Below are positions 26,497 to 40,000 of a stretch of 64,000 bases of DNA, piece by piece; positions within the stretch are counted from its first letter, which is position 1; the number at the start of each line of letters is the position of its first letter. The position numbers were made by a program, and so were the translations under genes. The notes under the pieces were generated by a model that saw only the letters and a program-made list of their open reading frames with translations, was not told the origin of the DNA and did not search any database. Source of the stretch: Azolla caroliniana (Eukaryota; Plantae; Polypodiophyta); contig JBHGNT010000008.1 of the NCBI GenBank assembly GCA_043228905.1, positions 21,948,001 through 22,012,000 of the forward strand, in the 5' to 3' direction.

Positions 26497-29041
26497 TGTC
26501 CTTGTTTCGATAATTGTTAACCCAAACATCAAGAACACTAGTGATCTAAATGATTTCATGTTATATAATGATTTTTTATCATTCCATGTATTAATTACAT
26601 CATGTGATAATAAACATATTGATATTCGCTTTCAAAAAAGAGAAAAGGGTCACAAGAAACTAGTGATGCCCTTGCAGAGATTTTTTTACATTGAAAATCG
26701 ATGAGAATAAATCGATATGGATTTTATGTATGATATTCCCACGTAATCGTAAATTGACGGAAATGTTGGATCATAGATGTGACCATGAAATGGTGGAGGA
26801 CAATCAAGATAGTGAGACAATGGGGGGTAAGATTTAATGTTTCCTTTCCACTTTTGGGAAACAAGGAAACACATGAAAAATCCATATTTCCTTCACTATC
26901 AAAGAATTACTAATTGTTTTCATTTAGTTGAGCCACATGTGAGGTATGTTGAATAAGCATGAATAGAATAGGTAGAGTAGTAGGCAAGGAGGAGAGGGAA
27001 CTAGGTGTAAACCTAGGCCAAGCTTAGACAACACGTACACGAATATTCAAGGCAATAAAATATACAAGTAAAAGGAAGGGAAATGTAGGCGTTGATATGT
27101 TGTTCCACAAAAACCTTCTACAATCTCCTAAAATATTTAATAAAGTTCCATAAAGTTCCAAAGCCTTCTACTATCTCCCATACAACCTCCTACACATTTC
27201 TACAACCCTCTAAAACCTTCCACTACTTCGCCTAATGTTTCCTTAGTTTCACAAAGTGGTGTAGCTTAGTTTAATATATACTAAGACCAAAACATACTAA
27301 TTTCTCACAAAGATACCAAATTCATTGTAGGATTCTATGAGGTATACAATAATGTGCATGTCAGATCAAACTAGAGAGGCATAATGTTAATATCTCCGTT
27401 TATTGTGAAGGGGTTGGGGGCCACTTGCGGCATTTGCAATCGAATTTCAAGAAAGAAAGTCATGTAGTTTGTATATTTCTAAGTGCCACACTTTGTCATT
27501 GCTTATGAAGTTTTTATGGTAAATATTATATGTTGTGGAGAAAGGATAGATGCTTAGACTTGTGTGAACCTCCAATCCTAATTATAAAAGGAGGGTAACT
27601 GTTACAAGACATAGATGTTTCTATTGTATTAATACTTAAGACACCACTCACGAGTTACCCGGATAATGTTGTTAGAAAAGAGTTAGTTGGGTAGAGTTGG
27701 GGTAAAATAGGGTTTATTTTAATTTTGCTTGAGTTAAGGATCGGTTGAGTTTTTTTGTTGTTTTTGTTTGATAGTTTTGGAGTTGTTTCTCCAAGTTGTA
27801 TATACTATATGTTGATCCCATTGTGCATTTGGACAAACTTTGTTGTATTCTATTTGCTAACTAATGCGAAGCCGTGGTTTTTGGAAAAAAGAAAAGAAAA
27901 AGAAGACACCACTCACAATGTTTGTATAATTTATAAATATCTTTCATTTCTCTTAGTCTTTGGTCGAATACTTTTTTTTTACTATTTCTTGGTCTTGCCA
28001 ATTGTCATGTATTAGATTATTGTAGATTTAATTGTCAATTTGTTTTTTTATAAATTTAGTGCTAGAATGGTAGCATGATTGCAAAATGGTGCATGATTGT
28101 GAATTTCGACAAGTGAGTTTAGAACGATAGGCTCGATTGAGTAACCACAGACAATAAAAGAAGAAGTGGAGAATGGGCAAATATTTGGCTATTGAGAGAA
28201 GACAAGAGTTCGACTGATGACAAGAGAGGGTGACCACTAGAGCCTTAGCACACACTAGATGTCATATAATCCATCCCGCAAACTTACACAATCTACGAAT
28301 TCAAGGGGAGAGTACCCACCATGGGGTAAAGGATGTTCACACATCCCTAATTTTTGAGTGATCCATATGCTACTATATGTGGGCAATCTAGTGCTCATGG
28401 GCAAAATAATTGAGGTCAATCTAGATTAGTGTAGAGGGTGAGATCCCAATTAAAAAATGACGGATATAGGGTTATTGCATTTTTGCTCGGGGTAAAGAAA
28501 TGTATAGTAAGGACAAGGATACATAGTAGTTCCTCCCATGAAGTATGCACACTTCATTTTCAAAGTTATTAGGAGATCTCACCGGACTCTTTTTAATTGG
28601 GTACGATTTTGGGGATTATGGAATAAATGGATACCAAGTAAACACACGTTTTCTTAGGCAATTTGTTGCATGGTTGTCTCGAGGTTCACGACATAATATT
28701 GAGTCTTTCCCAACTTTTGAATATTCTTTTCGCAACATCTTTGTACACTAGCATATTTTCATGAGTTTCCCTCGAGTAATATAAAGTGATTTGGGGCCGA
28801 AAAAGAAGAACAAGGGGCGGAGGAGTTTGACATTCATTATAGGTGACCATACATTCATCTCGAAAGTGTTTGACATTTGTGACACCCACGAGGGGCCCAC
28901 CGCCGGCTTTACAAGTTAACCATGAATAAAATGAAGCCCCTAATCACTAAGGCATCCAAGAAGACGTCCTCATTGTCAAGCCCCCCCAAAATTCTAATAC
29001 ACACACACACATACCTAGATCCCCTTGGGATGGATCGGAAA

Positions 29042-30600
29042 ATGGGGGCGGCGACCACCTTGCAACAATTCATGTCGGACACGTTCGAGACGCAGCGCCA
29101 AGGCCAACCCGAGGCGTTCGAGCTTGTGCGTGGCAAGAGCTTCCTCAAGGTGAATTTGGGCGCGGCCGGGAGCGATGGCAATGCTCTCACCCAAGTGTGG
29201 GTGAAGGGGTCGAGCCTCGTGGCCAACCGTGGGCAGGTGCTCCTCACGCGCGACCCCAACTCCGACTCCGGGACTGGGATCATGCTGGCCACGGCGGCCG
29301 CCTACCCGGCCGCGGGGGCCCACCTCTTCCTCGCCTCCGAGAGCTGCCATGTCATCCTCCTCCGCCTCGGAGGAGGCGGAAATGTCGAGTCGCTCGCGGT
29401 CAACACAGCCGCGCTCCTCGCCTTCGAGCCCACCGTGGCTCACACCATCCGCCGGGTGCAGCTTGGGGGGGGCGGGGCCGGCGGCATCGTGGCCAATAAC
29501 ACGGCGCCAGTTGTCAAGATCGCATTGCTCCAAGGGTACGGGTTTGTGGCGTTGCTCACCCAAGGGCCGCCCATGACGGTGGCCATCGCGCCTGGGATGC
29601 CGCACCTTTGCGCCGATCCCCAATCCACCATCGCGTGGTCGTCCAATGTCATCTTCCCTCACCTCGCTCCCAAGCCTGGGTTCCTAGACACCGCGGAGAA
29701 TAGGAGTAAGGTATAAATGGTTCCTCCTCTCTTGACACACTTTGTATATTCAACTAGCTATGTGTTGGTCAGGTCGCTCGTCATCTCGTTCCATCCTTTG
29801 TAGGCCAAGAGAATTCGGCCATATTACTCGGTTTTTCCAACGGGATAGATCTAGATGCCAACCCTAAAACTCGATCTCAATGAGCCCCCCATTTGGATTT
29901 TCGAAGACGTGTCCCTATGTCAAGATCATAAGAAGTTGGGTAGATATTGTCAAGCGCACTATGATCGCCTAATCCATTCTGCACTAGATCCGTTCATAAT
30001 TAGGGTTTATATTGTTGAGTGGACAACACTTGTACTGCATATCCCTAGGAACGGTAAGGCCAAATCATTGGGCACAATAACTAGAGGGATCCAATTTGAT
30101 GCAAACTTTCTCGCTTATAATAATCTATGCTATGCTTTTGGTTTCTTGCAATATGCTGGTGTCACCATAGAAAATCTGACTAATAGTAGTACAGTGATGG
30201 GTAAAATTTTGGGAACTGACATGATATCTACAATGATATGGCTTTATGAAAACAGGAATCCGATGATAGGCATAAAGTGGCCCTTCACATTTCAAATTTA
30301 GGCACATTCTGAGTTCCAATGAATTTTGTAAACACGCTTGGAGTTCTAGTAAGAAATGCTTGGTCTGATTATTGGAGTACACACTATTATTGACATGGTA
30401 TAGCTTTATGAAAACAGGGATCGGATGATAAATTTCAATTGAACTTCTCTCACACTCTAAATAATGCTCAAGGCTATGTCATCCTCCAACCTGTTGAAGA
30501 GACCTCTCGTAACATCCTCGATACTATTCGCAAGGGGCTAACAACTGCAGGGAGTTGGACCTTCCGAATATTTCAATGTTTTTCATCACCTGCAATGTAG
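29042..30600 (+). CDS. AIM24-family protein, copy B; exons 29042-29710 and 30418-30600 (upstream in-frame ATGs at 28922 and 29030)
   Basis: Paralog of copy A: TLQQFMSDT..FELV..FLKVNL..VWVKGSSLVANRG..VNTAALLAFEPTV..DPQSTIAWS. Same intron position. Exon 2 reads GSDDKFQLNF...GYVILQPVEE...PAM*. Confidence 0.8.
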
Positions 30601-30623
30601 AACCTCTTCTTAATTGGTTTTAC

Positions 30624-30762
30624 CCCCAAACATCAATATCGCTAATGAACATGATTTTTTGTATTTACACAAAAATTTCACATGATTTGCATATCCCAAA
30701 CATCAATACTGCTAATGAACCAACATGATTTTTTGTATTTACACAAAAAATTTCACATGATT
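30624..30762. repeat. ~70-bp tandem duplication downstream of AIM24 copy B
   Basis: cccaaacatcaata..gctaatgaac..atgattttttgtatttacacaaaaa.tttcacatgattt occurs twice. Confidence 0.8.
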
Positions 30763-32567
30763 TCCATACAATGTATGTATATATACATACATGTATATAT
30801 ATGCATAACTTAACCACCTACATTTAAACTTCAATTCAGCATATCTTTCTACCTCCATCAAGACCTCAAACTTAAGTCTTTACCTCGTGCTCATCCATCA
30901 GAAGATTTGCAGCCTTCAGATCTCTGTGGATAATATTATGTGATGATAATTGAGGCTTTCGATCTAGCATTTTCATATTATCTCGTATACTTGCTACAAT
31001 TACTATTGGATGCATTAGCACTAAATATAGTGCAACAGAGACTGAATTTGTTTTTTACAGTCATAAGACTCAACTATATACATCATGGATACATCAAAAA
31101 ACTTCATATTACATCCCCTGCTCCTCATGGAAACAACAAGAGTATTTACAATATACACCTTTCCCAGAAAACATGGCACAGAAACCGCATAAAAAACAAT
31201 TGAAGAAAAGAAAACCAATTTACAACCCTCAGACGGAATCTCCTTGAAATAAATCACAAAGAAAAACACCTCAAAGGTTTCACTCTTCGTATAACCATAT
31301 CTTCATATATAGTGACATGATATCTACAACAAGAATTTAACTATTAATAATAATAGTTGGAACAAAAATGAAGGCGCTTGTTAATCACACCTCCATCAAG
31401 ATCTTTTCAACTTTTCCTCTTCTTCTTCATGAAGCCGATCTTCTGTCTCTTTCGCCTTCACATGGAAGAATTCTCTAGCACTTGTTTCCTTTTCCAAAGA
31501 CGGGGTGGGCGAGTCAATGGGTCTATCACCACTGTGATTCTCTTGTGAGTTGGGTGATTCTCGCGCTTGCTTCTCATTGTTATCTTTCTCTCCTTCATCT
31601 GATGGAGTGTTCGTGGGTTTAGGGTTTCCGACATCCCAACTTGATGTGCTTGATGGTTCGTGTGGCGCTCCTTGACTAGTATAGCTACTAGCAATTGATC
31701 TAGGGTTTAAATGCTTACTGACAACATACTTTTCATAGCCTCCCTACATCATTTCGAGCAATTCCTAAACATTAACATCAAATACAACAAAATTCATAGA
31801 AAGAACAATGCCAAAGCTTATTACAAGCTCCCGATTATACAAAAGATGCTACGAGTTTTAACCCAGATTCAAGCAATAAATACATGGTGTGGCTTCCATG
31901 CAATATATGCACTCAAAAACAAAGAATAGCATGAAGACTAACACACGAAACAATCACATCTTCTGGAGAACATTAGTACTTTCACCACATATATATACTC
32001 ATAAAACCCTAAGAATCCTTTAAAACTGGGTTTCACGAAGAATTCCATGTCCTAAAAACACCTCTATGTGTAAACTGTGTTATTAACATATTATTATATA
32101 CTCAAGAAACCCTAATAATCCTACAGAAACGTGTTTCCCTGAAAATTTCATGTCCGGACACCATCTCTCCGTGCATGCATATAGAAACATGTTTTTTCTT
32201 TGTCTTATTTTCTTCTCTTAAATACATAGACACACAGAGAGACGGAGAGATGGCTCACCAAAGAATTCTTCTTTAAAGTGGCAGTAACGTATCTGAAGAG
32301 AGCCATCCTCTTCAGTATCGCCATATCCATTTTCTTCTTTCTTCTGACTTTTGTCGGATCGAGGTCCCTCTCGGTTTCTGCTTCTTTGTAGGTCCAAAAT
32401 GGTTCACAGGAACGAGAAACAGAGGAATGTTCAGAGTACTGACGGTCTGAGATTTCTTTCCCTTTTCGGAAAATAATTTTCTAAAAGAATACAAGCACAC
32501 ATAATTCCATTTTGGGAAAGTTTTTTAAACTTATATATTTCCCAAAATCTACATATATGACCTCATG

Positions 32568-32607
32568 GGGTTTAGGGTTTAGCTTTTAAGGGTTTAGGGT
32601 TTAAGGG
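32568..32607. repeat. Short degenerate interstitial telomere-like (TTTAGGG) repeats
   Basis: gggtttagggtttagcttttaagggtttagggtttaaggg. Confidence 0.6.
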
Positions 32608-33354
32608 TATTACAACTCATCGGCCATTTATTAGTTTAAGCACATTGCTCTCGCTAATGGTCATATCTATCGTTAGTTGGTTTCCATACACAAGTTTACA
32701 GAACCAAAACGGTTAATCCAAATGGTTAATCAACGTGTGTCACGTTTAATCTCTCTTTCCATGCACTTTTTGTTTGGCATGCTCGTCATCTTAGGCTTTT
32801 ATTGGTTTGGTTTGGATGGTCAATCTACCGAACGTCTCATGTACACGTTTAATGCTTTTTGCCATCCATTGCCATGAACCAGTAGTTTAGCCTTTTTGCC
32901 ATATTGGAGATACCAATAATTTTAACCCTTTTAGTGCTTGTTCACAACGAATACAAGACTTGGCATGGTAGATATTGTGATCTTGCAAGTCCATGCTACG
33001 TTTCTTCATTATTCTATCGTTGTCCTTGTAACAATATTTCATGAGCGTGATTTGTAAATCTTGCTTCTAGTTCGCTCATTCTCTTCAGAATTTAGAAGTT
33101 CCTTCATTTCTTTTCCTGGTTCCTATTGGAGTCATTTTATTGTTCTTTGTTTGTGTTTCTCTTAGGAGCCTTATTAATTATGTGCTTAATGTTAATTTTT
33201 ATGTTGAACCAATAGAAGTGAGCCTAGTGAAATTAATTACCAAGACTATCTTGTAACTCATTCATGGAAATATCAAACCAATCACATTTTTGAAATTCTA
33301 ATGCATTTTAAGCATATTTTAATAAAGTCTCCTATCATTTATGTAATGAACTAC

Positions 33355-33660
33355 TTGTGTAGACAAGTCTTTTCCAACCAAACCGTGCAGCCAATAGTGT
33401 TAATGCAAGAGATATGGAGTGAAGTGGTAGCCACTCTAAAGAGCCAATATGATAGCCTCAAGGGTGACTCCGATGGAGTTGAAAGACAACAACTAGCCTT
33501 CATCCAACAATGGTCGTCCTCCCCCTTTATTGAGTCAGTGGGCATCCACATAAGATGGACCTATTGTGTCCCTACATGGAATTGTATATACTAATCTCAT
33601 CTGCAAAATTTTATAACTAATGGAAGGAGTTTTTTTTTGGAAAAAAAGAAGAAAAAAAGA
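33355..33660 (+). mobile_element. 5'-truncated L1/Tx1-type LINE 3' end
   Basis: CRQVFSNQ..QEIWSEVV..LK..QWS..F..W..PTW resembles the Trp-rich tail after zf-RVT. An A-rich tract follows. Confidence 0.4.
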
Positions 33661-35690
33661 GAGTATGGAATTAGGAATACTTGATCAAAAGTACCAATAT
33701 ATATATATATATATACATTCCTATAACTATAAATTGTACTTATCTTGAGAATTACACAGTGGCACTTACAAGTTGAATAATAAACTTTGAGTAAGTTTTC
33801 TTTAATTATCTCAAATATAGTCATTGACGCATCCAACTTCATACATACCCTATACCCTAATCAACATGTTGTTAACTTCTTACAAACACATGGATTTACT
33901 TGGTTCTATCTTGGAATAATAATAGATGAAAAGGTAAGAGCAAACAATAATAGTTCATGTATAGCCAAATTCACAACCCAATAGCTTAAACAATTCAATT
34001 GATAAGTTTTGGTTCCAAAGTCAAAAAGTGGTTACATATGGGTTTAATTTGGCTTCTTTTTTTTTGGGGGGGGGGGGGGGGAAGAAGAGTGAATGATTTA
34101 CTTTGGTTCAGTGTTAAATTATATTAATTCACCGTTTTGTGGTTTATCTTGATTGGAACCACAATTTCAACGGCTTAGGAGTTGTTGGGGAGTGTGTGTT
34201 GTTCTGTATATTGTAATTTTGAAAACTAGTAAAGGTAGCCATCAATACTTTTTAAATTGTTTTTCTAAAGGGGATGGAGAAAATAATAGCGAACATTAGT
34301 TAGGTGGGTCCATTTGGACATTTTAGGAAGAGACTATTATTTATTGTATAAATTGATAGAGATTTGGAGATAACAAATGAATGGAGGAAACTTAAGTGAA
34401 ATGTTTCGTGGTTTAAAGAAGATTCAATAAAAAACCTTGACAACTTGAACATTATAGGATTCAAATAGGGATCACCAATGTGAGGATGGGCTGAAAATAG
34501 AACTAGGATTTGGATCAAAAAAGTTTATTTAGAGAAATAGAGGTTAGAAACATGGTGTAGGTATTTTCGAGGGAAAGAAATGGTAATAACCAGGACTACT
34601 TTGTAACCTCCAATAAATAACGTGGAACCAGGAGAACATAGTGGAATAAGACGATCTCAAGAATAATTACTAATCAATGTTTCATCCAATGCTAACCAAA
34701 AATGGTTGAGCCTTCCAATGACATAAAATTTCTTGAACATAAGCACAAAGTGTTGAATATTTTCAAATTTCATGAAGTTCAAATGTGTAATTAGGATAGG
34801 TATCACGTCAATAGTCATGTGTTGTGCTTGCTCATGTAAGCTCTAGTTCAAGAAGTTTGGTTAAACTTGATGGGACACAAGGTGTGATCGATGACCCCAA
34901 AGAAGATGGATTTGTAAGGTGAAGAAGAGGGGTTGTCAAATGAGGAGAACGTGGATTGAATTATCTCTATTCACCACAATTTTTGGTGCATACCAGAAGA
35001 TGTACATGCCTTGCATGTGGGGGTGGATGTCGTGAATTGCGGAACGCAAAGGGAGGAAAGTGCGAAGATGTTGTTGGAAGGAAAATTGAGGAGATGAAGA
35101 TCAAGCATACTATAAAACAATAACTTAATTCCAAGCATCTTGGGAATATAAAGATGAGCACATGAAAAAAGGGAAAGAGAGATGCATGCTACAAGAGGAG
35201 ATTACTATTTTTATTTACCAATGTGAGCTCTAGGAGACCATACAAGGGAGAAGAGGTTCCATTGTAATGGGATCTCAATTTGCCACAAGGCAGTAGCACT
35301 ACCCATTGAGTTCGAGATTACGAATAAGAGAGGATACAAGACCAATGATGACAAGAGGTGACGTGGCAAATTTTTTGGCTTGAAAATTTGCACACACGAA
35401 ATTGTTTCCTATTTCGAATGACGAGAGCGGAATCCTCCATGACGAGCTTGGAAACTTGGGCATCAATTGAATGACGTTCGTAACGAAAGATATTAGGATA
35501 TCAAGCATGTTGTAATAAACTAATTAGTTTAGAATAAATAAATAGACAAATAAATTATACGAAATGGTAAACAATATGAAAAGGTCCACCCCAAAAATAG
35601 GGTGCACCTATAACCATATAACCACCACAATCTCTCTTTGTGTGGTCGGTTGGTTGTAGACAGAGACAAATCCTCTAATAATAATGTTTC

Positions 35691-35732
<42 letters not shown>

Positions 35733-36217
35733 GTTGCGTTGCTCTAATGGCTCTCTCTGCCGTTGCGTTGCTGTCGCTGTCGTCGCCGTCGCCGTCACCG
35801 TCGCCGTCGTCTGCAGCCGCTGCAACCGTCGCCGTCTGCTCTCTCTCTCTCTCTCGCTTCCTCGTCTCTCTCTGCCGTTGTTGTCGCCGGCTAGTGTCGT
35901 CGCCGTCGCCGTCGCTGCCGTTATCTACGGCCGTCGCCGTCTGCCACCGTCTGCAGTCGTCTACCGTCTTCTGCCGTCTTCTGCCGCCGTCTACCGTCGT
36001 TTGACGACTGCCACCGTCACCGTCGCCGTCACGGGGTGTTTTCTTCTCCGTTGTCTCTTGATGTGGTGAAGTGCCCTTTTCTTGACGAGTTCGTGGGTGG
36101 GTTCTTTTGGTGTGCTCGTCGCGTGCTACAAAATGCCGATGTGATTGCGACACACACACAAACTCGGCTAAGTCTCGAACCCATTTATTTTACCTTTTTT
36201 TTCTTATTGACACCACA

Positions 36218-37030
36218 ATGACGTCTAGACGGACTAAGGAACTTAAGGATATACAAGACGAGGCTATAAGTAAGGAGGACTTTTTAGATATGTTTAATCG
36301 TTTAACAAAAATAGAGATGGATATGAAAAAATGGGTGAAAGACACCGAAACCCACAAGAAAAAAGATAGAGAGGAAAAAGACGCCCTCAAGGCCGAAATA
36401 GAACAACTTAAAGTAGAAAACATCGACCTTAAAAAACAACTTAAGGACATCGAGGTATCTCAAGAAGACGGTGAAATATCCTCTATAGAGGATATAAAGG
36501 ACGAAATTAAAAAAGTTAAAGAGGAAGTTAATAATAACATAGAGTTAGCTAAAACGGGTTGGGTAGATGTGGTTAAAAGAAACATTAAAAAAGAAATAAA
36601 AGATGAAAATATTGTTAATACCACCCTTGAAGAAGAGAAAATGCGTCAGGCCCGACGCTTAAATGTACGTGTCACTGGGCTCAAGGAAGGTGCATCCCCA
36701 AATGAGGACGCACAAACACTTGGGAAAATGTTAGGGTACACAGAGGCCCTACCTATCACCAAAGCATGGAGGGCCGGGCGTGACACAACTAGGAAGAGAG
36801 CCTTAGTCCTTCAATTTAAAGACTTAGACTCTAGAATCACTTTCTTTAAGAAGAGACCAATCCTTCGAGGAATGGATGGTGACCCCATCTATCTCGATGA
36901 AGACCTCACTAAGATGCAAATTGAGCATCGCAAGAGTTGTATGCCGCGAGTTATGCAAGCTCGTAAAGAAGGCCATCGCGCCTTTTACCGAGATGGGCGA
37001 GTGATCATAAATGATCGCACTACTAACTGA
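36218..37030 (+). CDS. LINE-A ORF1 (coiled coil plus RRM-like domain), intact
   Basis: Coiled-coil N-terminal half, then RRLNVRVTGLKE, AWRAGR, RALVLQF and IYLDEDLT, typical of LINE ORF1. Confidence 0.85.
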   Translation: MTSRRTKELKDIQDEAISKEDFLDMFNRLTKIEMDMKKWVKDTETHKKKDREEKDALKAEIEQLKVENIDLKKQLKDIEVSQEDGEISSIEDIKDEIKKVKEEVNNNIELAKTGWVDVVKRNIKKEIKDENIVNTTLEEEKMRQARRLNVRVTGLKEGASPNEDAQTLGKMLGYTEALPITKAWRAGRDTTRKRALVLQFKDLDSRITFFKKRPILRGMDGDPIYLDEDLTKMQIEHRKSCMPRVMQARKEGHRAFYRDGRVIINDRTTN

Positions 37031-40000
37031 CGGCGTGTGGCCCATGTGACAGAAAATGCACTTAGGATGACCCTATGGAATTGTAATGGCGCACTCTGGG
37101 CACACCCCGGCCGCCTAGAGGAGATACTAAAGGTATCTGATATACTTTTCTTGGTAGAAACACATCAGAGCCCAAATAGAGGACTCCCACGGGTCGAAGG
37201 ATTCCATTGGGAGTCCGCTTTTAGACAAACCTCACATCGACACACTACTAGGGGATCTGGAGGTGTCGCGATACTATTTCGTAGAGAGCTACATAATAGG
37301 ATAGAAATAATGAAGATAGACCCAAAAGCTCGTTTTATGTGGGTGAAAGTCTCCACAAGCAAAGACCATGCAATATTTTTCGCCATTTGTTACTTTCCCC
37401 CAAAAGGATCCCGTTATAATATTAGTGGCTTGACGAGATTAGTCAATGAAGGAATGCCACATGGGCCTTCTCCATACGAACCCCTATCGGATGACATAAT
37501 CCGATATTCTTCCCAAGGAGAAGTATTTCTTGTAGGAGACTTCAATGCGAGAACCCAATCCCGACAATGCACAGTATTTCAGATGAATAGAAACCTAGAA
37601 ATGGTAAATGTTGATCCTTTAGACATAGGCACCACACGTAGATCAAAGGATCAAGGTGCGGACGCCACGAGCTCTGGCCATCATTTGCTCGAACTTGGCA
37701 GTCGGCACCAGATGGTCATATATAATGGTTTAGCTAAGTGACTGGGCTCGGAAGAGCTCACATGTTTCCCACATGGAGGAGGGGAAAGCACAATTGACTA
37801 TCTAATAGGGCGCCCTGAAGCTACCCACATGATTAACTCCTTCCGAGTGGCCCCATGCCCTATTGGCGCAGACCATAGTTTCTTATACTTCGAGCTAAAA
37901 TGTGATATCTCTAAGGTCACCAAGTCTAGTCAACCATGCCATCACACCACAATACATTTCACACATGAGCTCTCTGACATATACTCTCAACATGTTCAGG
38001 CCCATCTCCCCTCCATTGATCCCTCCCTACCGTTAGAAAGCCTTAGTACAAAACTCACACACATCCTTCACTCCGCAGCAGCTAGCAGTTTCCCATATAC
38101 AAAACACTCAAATCAAGGTAGATCAGGATCAATGCCACAAAATAAATGGTATGACGAGGATTGTAGGGACCTACATAGACAACTTACAGTATCGCAACTC
38201 AATGGTAGTATTACCTCCATACAAGCTCGCAAAGAAATGCGTAAGATGACACGTCGTAAGAGATGAGCGTGGGAGGCATCCCAATACTGGGAACTCTACC
38301 ATATGCTCATGAGTAGCGATTGTGCCACGGCATGGAAGAGACTACGGGAGCCAAGACCACAAACACCCATCGAAGATCCCGAAACTTGGCACACATATAG
38401 AGAGAGACTTTACCAAATCCCAAACCAACCACCTTTTCCAATGCCTTCCACACCCCGGCCTACCACGGGGACACTTTTCACGACCTCTAGGGTCATGAAG
38501 GTCATAAAGAAATTACAACATAGGAAGTCCATGGACCACATAGGATTGCGAGCAGAACACATTATATATGCGAGAGAGTGCCTAGCTCCCTTGCTAACTC
38601 TAATCTTCAATCGTGCCCTTGCGGAGGGTTTTCCACCACAGTGGACTATGAATACAGTGGCCCCCATACATAAAGGGGGGGACCCCATGGACCCAAATAC
38701 ATATAGGACCATTATGATAGGCCATACCCTTGCTAAGTTATATGGTGCAGTAATGGAAGCAAAGCTTAGCGACTACATGGAGACCCTAAACCTTCGTGCA
38801 CTTGAACAAGCTGGCTTTAGACGAGCCTTCTCCACTATTGATCACATCTTCACACTTAGATGCCTAATTGACCAAACTAAGGCTCGCAAGAAGAAATTAT
38901 ATTGTTGTTTTATGGACTTCCGCAAAGCCTTTGACACAGTCCCTAGAGAGCGCTTGTTTGATAGACTTAAAAGCTTGAGGATACCAGATGATATGGTATG
39001 GGCCATCTACGCACTATATGAACAAGTGTCCGGGTGTGTCCGATGCCTAGGTGGCCTATCCAATCATTTCACTAGCACTATTGGTGTAAAACAAGGTTGC
39101 CCCCTATCACCGACGCTTTTTGGGATCTACATTGATGAGATCACAGATTTTATTGCTCGTGAGGGAGGCACCGGAGTGGTCCTTGGGGATACGCAGGTTC
39201 GTATCTTGCTCTATGCGGATGACATAGTTTTGCTCTCTGAATCCGAACACGACCTACAGAGGCACCTTAATGCCTTAGATGACTTTTGTGTACAACGAGG
39301 ATTGGTAGTGAATCTAGGGAAAACGAAAGTCCTTATCTTCCACACATCGGCCCAAGTTAGAGCTAAGTGTCACCTAACTATCTCCCATAGCCCAGTCGAG
39401 GTGGTTGGATCGTACGTCTATCTCGGAGTCACTTTTAGTGCCCGCTCAGGTAAATTTTCGATGACACAGGTAGCGAAGGATAGACTCACGAGAGGACATG
39501 CATCCCTCTCACTCCTAGAGAGACAATGCCACCAAGCACACTTTCAAGAGCCACAGACTAAAGGGTGGCTCTTTGACTCATTAGTGACCCCCTCCCTCAT
39601 GTATGCATCAACGGTTTGGGCTCCAGGATTACCATCCTTCATGTGGACGCAATTAGAGAGACCATTGGTGATGATGCTATCACGCCAACTCCGAAGCAAA
39701 TCGACTGTACCACATGACATTATTAGGGCCGAGTTCACGTTACCCCCAATGCTAGTAGAGGCACTTTTTCAACTTATAGTCTTCATTGATAGGATACATA
39801 GCCAACCACATGATAGAATATCTCATCAAGCCTTTAAGGCCTCTCGATCATTGTATGAGTCCGGCTATACTAGCTCATGGTATGGCATGATGGTGACTTG
39901 GCTTCTTGCGAATGGTCTAGACATTAATAACCTACCTCCCCTTAGGTACAACCACACGAGTGATAACACCTTAATCTCTCATGAGAACCGCAATAAAGTA

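Noticed and set aside
24845-29662. Overlapping alternative-frame and antisense ORFs over the AIM24 first exons
   Set aside because: These are expected shadows of GC-rich coding DNA.
29855-30301. 148-aa ORF in the intron of AIM24 copy B
   Set aside because: No homology was recognised and it is not shared with the intron of copy A.
34250-35510. Possible decayed minus-strand retroelement coding region
   Set aside because: The fragments show no convincing conserved motif.
35529-36159. Low-complexity ORFs on both strands
   Set aside because: They are translations of (CT)n/(GTCGCC)n repeats in the LINE 5' region.
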